The notes under the pieces were generated by a model. That model saw nothing but the letters and a program-made list of their open reading frames with translations. It was not told the origin of the DNA and searched no databases. The translations under genes and the position numbers were made by a program. A stretch of DNA of 64,000 nt from Thermodesulfobacteriota bacterium (GTDB lineage Bacteria; Desulfobacterota; Desulfarculia; JACQYL01), in contig CAXXLZ010000002.1 of NCBI GenBank assembly GCA_963675595.2, positions 1,952,001-2,016,000 on the forward strand, read 5' to 3'. This document shows, piece by piece, positions 30,972 to 40,800 of the stretch (position 1 is the first letter of the stretch; the number at the start of each line of letters is the position of its first letter).

Positions 30972-31251
30972 TCATATTTCGGATTATTGCATAGGTTCCG
31001 TGGAGCTTCGGAATTTAAGCCCATGAATATTCGCAAATCACAACCAGAGATTATTCATTTTCATTCCGGAGAATAATTCGAGATCGAGCCTTCAAAAAGC
31101 CATAAGTCTTACCGATCTGATTTTGGTAAGGCCCGTGAATCGTCTCCTTTTCACAAGAGGTCCACTCCTCGCTTTCCACCGAGCATTTTGTCCGGGAACT
31201 TGCCGGTTTAACTTCGGTGTACCGTATTGAGAAGAAACCCGACTTTTTTCC

Positions 31252-31293
31252 AACAACAGAGGCCCCGTCCCCTCTATGAGGAACGAGGCCTTC
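31252..31293 (-). terminator. Putative terminator after the 31337-31894 gene
   Basis: Minus-strand GAAGGCCTCGTTCCTC/GAGGGGACGGGGCCTC stem followed by TGTTGTT. Confidence 0.4.
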
Positions 31294-31336
31294 TCATCTC
31301 TCTCCGAAAATCTCTTGAGTCCCGGTCGGTCTTTGG

Positions 31337-31894
31337 TTACCCCAACCGTCGTCTCAGGGCCCACACGGATGCGCCCACCAGGAGCATACCCGCCAAAGCC
31401 ATACCGGGCCAACCCATCCCCGGAACCTGCTGCGACCCGGCTGCCTGGACGTTCACCAGGGCGGAGGCGCCGTCTTCAAAGGTACATGGGTGTCCGTCGG
31501 GATCCAGCACCGGAAGCACCACGCTTACGTTCACCGAGACCGCCTCGGTCTGATTCAACACTTGGGTCCATTGAATCGGCGTGATGGACTCCCCGGGCGC
31601 CAGGGGACCTCCGACCAGCGTCTCTCCGTTTTCCAGCGGGGAAATCTCATATTCGTCCCACGTCAACGCACCCTCGGTATCAATATTGGTCAAAGTCACG
31701 CACCAAGTGACTTCGGTACCGGGAACGACACTCACCACCGAATTCCCGGAACACCCCGGTCCCGTTCCTACGGTTACGTTGAAATGGTAGGCCGTCCCCG
31801 GGCACCCGGCCACGCCCAACACCGTTCCCGGGCAGGCCGCAGCCGCTAGGAACAGAACCAAAAACAAGGTAACCTTGGCTTGCAAATGCTTCAT
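31337..31894 (-). CDS. Secreted protein with C-terminal sorting signal (VPGM, TM, RRR); second predicted exosortase substrate
   Basis: ATG at 31894 with GGAGGGG RBS; signal peptide; PGTEVTWCVTLTN...LAPGES (DUF11/Ig-like); ends QQVPGMGWPGMALAGMLLVGASVWALRRRLG. Confidence 0.8.
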   Translation of the reverse strand: MKHLQAKVTLFLVLFLAAAACPGTVLGVAGCPGTAYHFNVTVGTGPGCSGNSVVSVVPGTEVTWCVTLTNIDTEGALTWDEYEISPLENGETLVGGPLAPGESITPIQWTQVLNQTEAVSVNVSVVLPVLDPDGHPCTFEDGASALVNVQAAGSQQVPGMGWPGMALAGMLLVGASVWALRRRLG

Positions 31895-32147
31895 GAGTGT
31901 TCCCCTCCGGCATATTGCTTTGCACAAACCTATATAATCCACCACTCTGGATCGGGAGTATACGCGGAAGGCAATACACGTGTCCAGAAAAATGTGAACA
32001 TTCAGGCAGGTTGCGGTCTCGATTCCAGCCGTCGATCCCTGCTTCCTTTAGTATTTCGCACGAGCGTATACGATATGAGGAGATTCCAACGGGGACGGTA
32101 TTAGAGAACTCTGCGACGAGCGGTTGTTTGTCTCCGAGTACCCGTCG

Positions 32148-32429
32148 CTATTTTTCTTCCTGCAAAGCTTTGGCAGCGTCAATGCGCTCCACGATACGGT
32201 CGATTCTAGAGGGAGGCGGAGCCTCGAAGCAGGCTTTCCATTCGTCGGGCGAGATCAGTCGCTGGAGCACCATGGCGACGGGGAATATCGGGGCCCAGCA
32301 ATCGAGGGTCCTGCGACACGGCAAAGACCGGGACTCCTTTCGGCAGTAGCCGAACGAAACCTGATGCCCCAATTTTCGACAACGGATTTCAAGTCCATCC
32401 AACGTGTCTATCGCTTTGTCAAAGTCCAC
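32148..32429 (-). CDS. Small Cys-rich hypothetical protein
   Basis: RCRKLGHQVSFGYCRKE..LPCRRTLDCW; probable GTG start at 32429 with AGGA RBS. Confidence 0.65.
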   Translation of the reverse strand: MDFDKAIDTLDGLEIRCRKLGHQVSFGYCRKESRSLPCRRTLDCWAPIFPVAMVLQRLISPDEWKACFEAPPPSRIDRIVERIDAAKALQEEK

Positions 32430-32571
32430 GGTTCCTACCGACCTTATCCCTTCAGGGTTTGTCGCGTTGGAACCCGTCTTTTCCTGCAACGGGTTCCGAC
32501 AACCGTTACGACTTTCCGGAAGGGAGTTCCCCCGATGACGGGGAAACTCCGGAGTGAAAGTCGGTGTTTGA

Positions 32572-33936
32572 TTATTCGATGGGAGGAAAGTTCTTGATGG
32601 CGGCCAGAGCCCGCTGGATTTCCTCTTCAGGCAGCTTGTGGTCTGTAAGTTTGCCGGAAAAGTAGGCGTCATAAGCCATCAAGTCGATTATGCCGTGACC
32701 GCTCCAGTTAACCAGGATCACCTTCTCCTTGCCTTCCTCTTTGGCTTCCCGGGCGATTTCCGCGACGCACGCCAAGGCATGGTTGGTTTCCGGCGCGGGG
32801 ATGAATCCCTCGGTCCGAGCCCAGTTCACACCCGTTTCAAAGGTGACCAGATTGTCGTAGGCCCTGGGCTCGATCAACTTCTCATGCACAAGGTGACTCA
32901 CGATGGGCGCCATGGCATGGTAGCGCAGCCCCCCGGCGTGAATCGGCGCAGGCACGAAGTCGTGTCCCAGGGTGTACATGGGCAGCAATGGAGTCGTCTG
33001 AAGCGTATCTCCAAAGTCGTAGGCAAAGGGCCCACGGGTCATGGTCGGACAGCTCGTAGGCTCCGCGCCGATGATGCGCACGTCCTTGCCTTCGATCTTG
33101 TCTTTGACGAAGGGCAGGCACAGACCGGCAAAGTTGCTGCCGCCGCCCGCACAACCGATGACCACATCGGGATACTCACCGGCGAGCTGCATTTGTTTCT
33201 GCGCTTCCAGACCTATAATGGTCTGGTGCAGCAACACATGATTGAGCACGCTGCCCAGGGAATATTTGGAATTGCCGCTCGTAACGGCGTCTTCGATCGC
33301 TTCACTGATGGCGATACCCAAGCTGCCGGGACAATCCGGATCCTTGGCCAGAATCTTCTTCCCGGCTTCGGTTTCGGTGCTGGGACTCGGCACGCAATTG
33401 GCCCCCCAGGTCTGCATCATCAGACGCCGATAGGGCTTCTGATTGAAGCTCACCTTCACCATGAACACTTTGCACTCGATCCCGAAGAACCCGCACGCAA
33501 AAGCGAGCGCGCTTCCCCACTGACCGGCTCCGGTTTCCGTGGTGATCCGTTTGGTACCGGCCTGCTTGTTGTAATAGGCTTGGGCCACGGCCGTGTTGGG
33601 CTTGTGCGAACCGGGAGGGCTCACGCCTTCGTTCTTGTAATAGACCCGAACGGGAGCATCGAGCCACTTTTCAAAATTGACGGCACGGTAAAGCGGACTC
33701 GGACGCCAGATCCGGTAAATCCCCAGCACCTCCTCGGGGATGGAGATCCATGAGTCGGGACTCACTTCCTGTTCGATCAGATTCATGGGGAAAATCGCCG
33801 CCAAATCCTCGGGTCCCACGGGCTGACCCGTTCCCGGATGCAGAGGCGGCTTCATCGGCGTGGGTAAATCCGGCAAAATATTGTACCATTGGGTGGGCAT
33901 GTCGGATTCGTTCAACAGGTATTTGACTTGCTGCAT
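32572..33936 (-). CDS. trpB2: TrpB2 (TrpB-like PLP-dependent enzyme)
   Basis: [55 protein letters not shown]. Confidence 0.95.
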   Translation of the reverse strand: MQQVKYLLNESDMPTQWYNILPDLPTPMKPPLHPGTGQPVGPEDLAAIFPMNLIEQEVSPDSWISIPEEVLGIYRIWRPSPLYRAVNFEKWLDAPVRVYYKNEGVSPPGSHKPNTAVAQAYYNKQAGTKRITTETGAGQWGSALAFACGFFGIECKVFMVKVSFNQKPYRRLMMQTWGANCVPSPSTETEAGKKILAKDPDCPGSLGIAISEAIEDAVTSGNSKYSLGSVLNHVLLHQTIIGLEAQKQMQLAGEYPDVVIGCAGGGSNFAGLCLPFVKDKIEGKDVRIIGAEPTSCPTMTRGPFAYDFGDTLQTTPLLPMYTLGHDFVPAPIHAGGLRYHAMAPIVSHLVHEKLIEPRAYDNLVTFETGVNWARTEGFIPAPETNHALACVAEIAREAKEEGKEKVILVNWSGHGIIDLMAYDAYFSGKLTDHKLPEEEIQRALAAIKNFPPIE

Positions 33937-34042
33937 AGAATCTCCTCCTTGTTCGTTCTTATCCCCCCGAGAAGAACGTGGGTCGATGACCGTTCATCCT
34001 TCGGACCGGCCGGGTTCCTTTTCACTTTCTTCATCGGAAATA

Positions 34043-35191
34043 TCAGATTCCCCCGACGGAACCGCTTCCGTTCCGCACACCGAAAAAGATGCATGGAATT
34101 TGAAAGGAAGTCGGAACCTTTGAGGCCTTTCCCAGGGTTCCGGAGCCGGTCGGCAGAAACTTCCCGAAAGCCGAACCTTCCACGAGCCTGAGACTCATGT
34201 GCAGGATCAAACGGGCGTCTTCTCGAACCGGTATCCCCTCTTGTCTCCATATTCGTTCTAGAGCCTCACGGGCCTCGTACACACCAAGGCGAAGAGATTC
34301 CCGATTCCGGCCGTCGATCGTCCGGGACGCGGCGCCCGCTTCGGACGAGACTCCCTCGAACAAACCTTTCCAAACCCCATCAGCGTCCGCCGCTTTGTCC
34401 ATATAGGAAATCAGTGTCGAAGAGTCGGGAAAAGGAAATTGGGAAGAAACGATCTCTTCCGCTTCGCACCGATCAAGCAATTGTAGTATCACGTCCTCGC
34501 GATCGGTGACCAGACAATCCCCCGGCACCGCTTGGTAAAAAAAGTCCCAGGCGGAAAGCTCCAAAACGACGTTCTCGGGCGACTCCTCATCCCTTTGGAC
34601 AAAATCGGATTCCCACGGAAGGGGATAAGCTCCCGCCCCGCCTCTGTCCGAAGATTCTCCTTCGCCTATCTCCACTCCCGGTTCCTCGACATCTTCGGAT
34701 GTGCCGAAAAGCGATTTGAGGGAAGATTCACGAAGGTCCACTTCATCCATCAAGGAGCGGCTTTCCGAACGGATTTGCGCAAGCCGCCTAGCCCAATGAA
34801 GTACAAGGGTTTGGGCCAATCCGGTCTTGCCCGCTCCCTCTTCGCCTTCCGTCCCGTAGGATTTGATCTCACGCAGCAAAGAGGCGGACGTTTCGGAACC
34901 CGCCGCTCCTTCCTGCAATAAAGTCTTCAGAGTGGCTAAATCCACCTTGTCCAGAGTACGGGCCCATGTTTCCCAGTCGGTCAGCAGCCTTCGAACTTCC
35001 TTTTCGGAAATCCCGGGTGCGGAGTGAAGGATAATGGAGCCCGCCTCTTGCATGGTGTTCAGGAACGCATGGGGCGGCTCCCCGGGTGCGGGAAAAAGAT
35101 GAATCGGCCCAAGTAGCAGTGACAGACAACGACATGCGACTTCATCCCTTGGACAGTCGGGAAAATAAACCAAGCGGTTTGGGGATTCCAT
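34043..35191 (-). CDS. Hypothetical protein divergent from the dnaA homolog
   Basis: 382-aa acidic ORF filling the gap; no recognisable motif. Confidence 0.65.
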   Translation of the reverse strand: MESPNRLVYFPDCPRDEVACRCLSLLLGPIHLFPAPGEPPHAFLNTMQEAGSIILHSAPGISEKEVRRLLTDWETWARTLDKVDLATLKTLLQEGAAGSETSASLLREIKSYGTEGEEGAGKTGLAQTLVLHWARRLAQIRSESRSLMDEVDLRESSLKSLFGTSEDVEEPGVEIGEGESSDRGGAGAYPLPWESDFVQRDEESPENVVLELSAWDFFYQAVPGDCLVTDREDVILQLLDRCEAEEIVSSQFPFPDSSTLISYMDKAADADGVWKGLFEGVSSEAGAASRTIDGRNRESLRLGVYEAREALERIWRQEGIPVREDARLILHMSLRLVEGSAFGKFLPTGSGTLGKASKVPTSFQIPCIFFGVRNGSGSVGGI

Positions 35192-35600
35192 GTTGAAACC
35201 TGCGGCAAGATTTGAGTAGGTGAAGCGTTTTGCTGTCGCTTTCTCTTTAACAAACAGCCTTCATGAAGGCAAAAGAATTCTGAAACGCGCACGTATGGAA
35301 TCCCTTGCGAATCTCCGCCGGTCCGCGAGGAGACAGGCCCGCGGAATCCAAGTGTTTAATTTCACAAGGCAATGAATTGAACCGTGGTTTCGCCCGGATA
35401 GAGCTGATCCCCCACGGACCATACAAAAAATACGAAGAATTGGCAGATATGTTGACCTAATTTGAGATTTGGAAAATTGACGAGTTTTTGACAATTGTTC
35501 GGACGTTACAAACACCCCGAAAATCGGGGGGGATCAAGGAGACGGGAAAAACCGCGTCGTTTCAGGAGAGACAGGCGTACGCAAAACCTTACAATAATAA

Positions 35601-35613
35601 TATCAATAAGTTA
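35601..35613 (+). promoter_or_regulatory. IHF consensus site
   Basis: TATCAATAAGTTA matches WATCAANNNNTTR, with an AT-rich 5' flank. Confidence 0.5.
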
Positions 35614-35665
35614 CAATTTGTGCAATTCTCCCGGCACCGTCCACTTCCATCGCACGTAACCGCGT

Positions 35666-35693
35666 TTGACAAAAATCCGCAATTCTCTATACT
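35666..35693 (+). promoter_or_regulatory. Sigma70 promoter for the dnaA homolog
   Basis: TTGACA-N16-TATACT. Confidence 0.65.
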
Positions 35694-35807
35694 CGGACCA
35701 TCACTTCGAAGGGTCCACTCCTTTGTAACAATATTTGGCTAAAATCGCCGTCAGTTGGTTGCTTTCCGCAAAGTGGTCGTTTTTTCACTGCAAAGGACCA
35801 GTCCGTC

Positions 35808-37187
35808 ATGGAAAAGACATGGGATGAGGTGAAGCACCGTCTTCAAACTCGGATTCCCGCCCAGCCCTACAAAATTTGGATCGAGCCCATGAGGTTTCTT
35901 CATTTTTCCGAAGGGATCGTGGCGCTAGGGTGTCCAAACAAATTTTTTGTAAATTGGATCCGGGACAACTACCTGTCCGCTTTGATCCGCGAAATGGAGG
36001 AACTGACCTCATCCCCCGTCGACATTGCGCTCGAAGTGGAACGAACCCGGGACACGACCACCATACAGGTCACGGAAGAGAAACAACTGGCGCTCCCTTC
36101 CCTGACCGATCCGGCCTTCCGGATTCCCAGGTTCAATCCGGCCTTCACCTTCGACCAGTTCGTTACGGGCAGGAACAACCACTTCGCTTTCAGTGCGGCT
36201 CGAGAGATCGCCAGACAAAATGGAAGCAATCACGACTTCGTCTACTTCCTTTCGAAACCCGGTTTGGGAAAAAGTCACCTTTGCCAGGCCATCGGAACGG
36301 AAGTCCTCGATCAGAACGGGGCGTGTCGGCTTCTCTATCTCACCATTGAAGACTTCATCAACGAAATGGTCCAATGCCTGAAGAACAAGCGCATGGACTT
36401 CTTCAAGGACAAGTATCGCAAGGCATGTGACGTCCTCCTCCTGGAAGAGGTGCATTATCTGGGCGGCAAAGAAAAAACTCAGGATGAACTCGCCTTCACC
36501 CTGGACTCCCTGTTGAACATGAAGAAGAAGGTGGTCCTGACCAGTTCCAAGCTACCTCGTGAAATTCGGAACCTGCAGGGAAGCCTTCACTCCAGGCTGA
36601 GTTCCAGTCTCATTGTGAAAATCGACCCGCCGGATTTCGAAACTCGCGTCAAGATACTGGAGAAGAAAGCCAGAGCCTTCAAGATTCCCGTGTCCCGCGA
36701 AATCATCGAGTTCCTGTCGGAGCATATTCGGGACGACGTAAGGCAGCTGGAGAGCAGCCTTATCTGCCTGAATGCCCGGTCGACCATGGGCGGCGTTCCC
36801 CTCAACATGGACTTGGCCAGAGAGGTGGTACGCGGTTTCGTGGAGCACAAGAAACATCTGACCATGGAAGAGATCCAGGAATTTGTGGCGAGTCAATTCA
36901 AGCTCGACGTGAACGACATCCGTTCCAAGTCGCGCAAGGCGAACGTGGTTCTCTCCCGATCCATCGCCATGCATCTCTGCCGCAAATATACGGAACATAC
37001 GTTGGAGTCCGTGGGCAGGGCGTTCAGTCGCAATCATACCAGCGTGCTCTACGCAATCGGTTCCCTCGAAAAGAAGATGCGCCGGAACCAAAAGACCAAG
37101 GATCAGGTCCAACACCTCGAAGGCCGAATCGAACGCATGCTCTTCTCCTGCGATCCCACTCCCCGTTCCCAGACAATGAGAGACTGA
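35808..37187 (+). CDS. dnaA: Chromosomal replication initiator DnaA homolog (divergent, probably a second copy)
   Basis: Domain I, FTFDQFVTG, PGLGKSHL, LLLEEVH, TQDEL, SRL, VRQLE, domain IV RNHTSVLYA. Confidence 0.88.
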   Translation: MEKTWDEVKHRLQTRIPAQPYKIWIEPMRFLHFSEGIVALGCPNKFFVNWIRDNYLSALIREMEELTSSPVDIALEVERTRDTTTIQVTEEKQLALPSLTDPAFRIPRFNPAFTFDQFVTGRNNHFAFSAAREIARQNGSNHDFVYFLSKPGLGKSHLCQAIGTEVLDQNGACRLLYLTIEDFINEMVQCLKNKRMDFFKDKYRKACDVLLLEEVHYLGGKEKTQDELAFTLDSLLNMKKKVVLTSSKLPREIRNLQGSLHSRLSSSLIVKIDPPDFETRVKILEKKARAFKIPVSREIIEFLSEHIRDDVRQLESSLICLNARSTMGGVPLNMDLAREVVRGFVEHKKHLTMEEIQEFVASQFKLDVNDIRSKSRKANVVLSRSIAMHLCRKYTEHTLESVGRAFSRNHTSVLYAIGSLEKKMRRNQKTKDQVQHLEGRIERMLFSCDPTPRSQTMRD

Positions 37188-37877
37188 TCCTGATTCCGCA
37201 ACATGCCGAAGCCTCGGTTCAACCAACCGAAACCGCGAAAAAACCCAAACAAAGGACATGATCGATCGCCGCCTCGCCCCAAGCCCTTCAGAGGGTAACC
37301 GGAGAACTTCCTCCTCGTGAAAGTTCGCCGAGTACCCCCTGAGCGCTGAAGGAAAGATGTCCTAATCCCGTGCCGTTGTGCACGATCATCGCGTTGCCGA
37401 GGCAAACGGCGTTGACGGAAAGGCCCCCGAGGCCGGTCGGCGTGAAGAATGAAGCGTACGCAACGTACTCGCAGCTCAGAGGCGGAGATTCGCGCGCCTC
37501 AACTCGCCCCCCCTACTCGGAAGGACCGAGAAGATTCCATTCCCAATCCCTCCACGCCCATTTCGCTTGTCGGATTTCGGATCAATGAAGAAGACGTCTG
37601 CTCGAAAGAAGTTGACAAGGATGTCCAGATTTCATCAACTTCCCTTATCATGAAGACCCTTGAATCCGAGAGGCGAGCCCCTATCCTTTGGACGAAGAAT
37701 GCGTCAATCCGGCGGATTTCTCCAGAGCCTCTCGCGTTGAACCAAGATGCGGGGATTACGATCTTCCCGCCGACGCGTTCATCGATTCATCAACCTTCGA
37801 TCTTCATCGGTCGCCCGGCCGGCGCAGTCTCGTAACATATCACCATCACTGTAGAATCTACGAAGAAGGATAACGTC

Positions 37878-40800
37878 GTGAACCGCAGTACCGACCGCAG
37901 GCGCCCTCGGCAGGCAGTCGGCGCATTGACCGCCGTGCTCCTATGCATCGTCATGATCGGCTTTTGCGGGGCGGCCGCTCCGGCGGCACAGGAACCGAAA
38001 ACGGCCAAGCCTCCCATCCTTTCCGCCGCTGAAATCAACTACCCGCCGTTTTCCCTTGCGGACCCTCAGGAACGAGCGGACGGCTTCTCCGTTGAGCTGC
38101 TCCGCGCCGCTTTAGCCGCCGTGGGACGCGATGTGGTTTTCCGTCTGGGAACCTGGGCTGAAGTCCGGGGACTGCTCGAGCGAGGAGAGGTGCAGGCCCT
38201 GCCCCTGGTGGGGCGTAATCCCGAACGCGAACCCCTGTTCGATTTTACATTCCCTTACATGACCCTTCACGGCGCGCTGGTCGTGCGTTCCGGCACGTCG
38301 GACATTCACAGTCTGGATGATCTGAGAGGACGCACCGTGGCGGTCATGAAAGGAGACAACGCCGAAGAATTCCTGCGGCGAGAAGACCGCGGCATCAAGA
38401 TCTTCACCACCCCGACTTTCGAGGATGCCCTGTATCAGCTTTCCGGCGGTCTCCACGACGCAGTGGTGATTCAGCGGCTCGTGGCGGTTCGACTGCTTGA
38501 GGAAACGGGGCTTCCCAACATCAGCATTGTCAAACAACCCATCGAAGGATTCCGGCAGGATTTCTGCTTCGCCGTGAAGGAAGGCGACAAAGCAACCTTG
38601 GCCCTGCTCAATGAGGGGCTCGCCCTGGTAGTGGCCGACGGAACCTACAGGCACCTGCACGCCAAATGGTTCGCCTCCCTGGAACTGCCGTCGAATCGAC
38701 GCATTGTGATCGGTGGAGATCACAACTATCCGCCTTTTGAGTACCTTGACGAACACGGAGAACCCACCGGCTACAACGTGGACCTGACGCGCGCCATCGC
38801 GAAAGAACTGGGCCTGAACGTCGACATTCGACTGGGTCCGTGGGTGAAAATTCGAGACGCTTTGGCGGCGGGAGACATCGATGCGCTTCAAGGAATGTTC
38901 TATTCACCTGAACGGGATTTGACCTTCGACTTCACCCCTCCGCACACGGTGAATCACTGCGTGGCGGTGGTGCGCAAGAGTGCGGGTCCGCCTCCCACCA
39001 ACATGGATGAACTAGCCGGTAAAAGCATCGTGGTGGAGAAGGGCGATATCATGCACGAGTTCGCACTGGAAAACCGGCTCGGGAAACAGATATCGGCCGT
39101 TGATTCACAAGAAGATGCTTTGCGTGAACTGGTCGAGGGAAAACACGATTGCGCCCTTGTGTCGCGCTTGACCGCCCTGTATTGGATCGAGAAACGCCAA
39201 TGGAACAACCTGGTTGTGGGCAAGCGTCCGTTCCTCTCTCCCGACTACTGTTACGCCGTTCCCAACAACCACAAAGCTTTACTGGCTCAATTCTCAGAAG
39301 GAATGAAGATTCTGGAGGAAAACGGCGATTATCAACGTATCCAGAAGAAATGGCTGGGCGTATACGAGGATTTCCCAACGGATATGAAGGCCTTCTTCCG
39401 CTACGTGGTCATGGGCGTGCTCATTCTGCTTCCGATCCTGGTCGCCGCTTTCCTCTGGTCCTGGTCGTTGCGCAAACAAGTGGGGCTTCGAACGGAAGAA
39501 TTACGAAAAAGCGAAGAGATGCAGAGGTCCATGGTCGCGTGTTCGCCCGTGGCGCTTTTCAGCATTACCCCCTACGGAACCGTTCAGACATGGAATGCCT
39601 CGGCCGAACGGGTCTTCGGCTGGACGGCGGATGAAGTCATGGGCAAACCCCTCCCATTCGTGCCTGAAGATAAGCAGGAGGAGTCCGCCGGAATACGCCG
39701 CCGATTGGCGAGCGGTGAGGTTCTATCAGGCATGGAACTGATCCGAAGGAAGAAGGACGGTTCCCTCTTTCACGCTTCCCTATCCGCCGCCCCCATTTAT
39801 GACGCCAAGGGAAAGACTTCGGGCATCATGAGCACCATGGAGGACATCACGGATCGCAAACAGGCGGAAGATGCGATCCGAGAAAGCGAAGAGCGATATC
39901 GTCTGCTTGCGGACAACACCCTCGACGTAATCTGGGTTATGAATACGGACCTCGAGTTCTCTTACGTCAATCCGTCGGTCTTTACTCTCACGGGCTACAC
40001 CCCTGAGGAATGGATCGGAACTCGGCTGCAGGATCACTGCGATGCGGAGAATTTTGGCAAGATGGCCCGGATTATTGCAAATGACTTGGCCATTGGTTCG
40101 GAAAGCGCGGGAGTCATTTTTGAAGCCGCCATGCTGAAGAAGAGCGGAGAACCCATTCCAGTGGAAATCCACGGCAAGGTGATTTACGGGGACGACGGCC
40201 GACCCGTTCATCTTCAGGGCACCACCCGGGATATTACCGAACGGAAACGCGCGGAGGAGGCATTGAGACAGAAGCAGGCCATGCTTTCGCGCACCGAAGC
40301 CATCGCCCATATCGGGAGCTGGGAATGGGACGTGCCCACCGACACGGTCACGTGGTCCGATGAGCTTTTCCGGATATTTCAGCTCGACCCGACCGAAGGA
40401 GCACCTCCATTCGCTCGGCACCCCGAGTTCTACCATCCCGACGACTACGAACGTTTGCTTCGGGCCGTGGATTCCGCCGTCAATGAAGGAACACCCTACC
40501 ACTTGGAGCTGCGTGGGCTGCGATCGGACGGAAGCATCCGTCACTGCCTGGCCCGAGGCTATCCGGACAAAGAAATCGACGGGCGAGTCAACCGCTTGTT
40601 CGGTTCGCTTCAGGACATCACCGAGATCAAGCGCGCACAGGAACGTATCGAACACCTCAACAAGGTGCTGCAGGCCATCCGCAACGTGAATCAGTTGATC
40701 GTCCGTGAGAGGGATCGCGACACATTGATCCGTGAGGCCTGCCGTTTGCTGGTGGACCATCGTGGTTACACTTCTTCCGTAATCATCCTGACGGACGGAG

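Noticed and set aside
35192-35807. oriC next to dnaA
   Set aside because: No canonical DnaA-box cluster or dnaN seen; cannot be supported without GC skew
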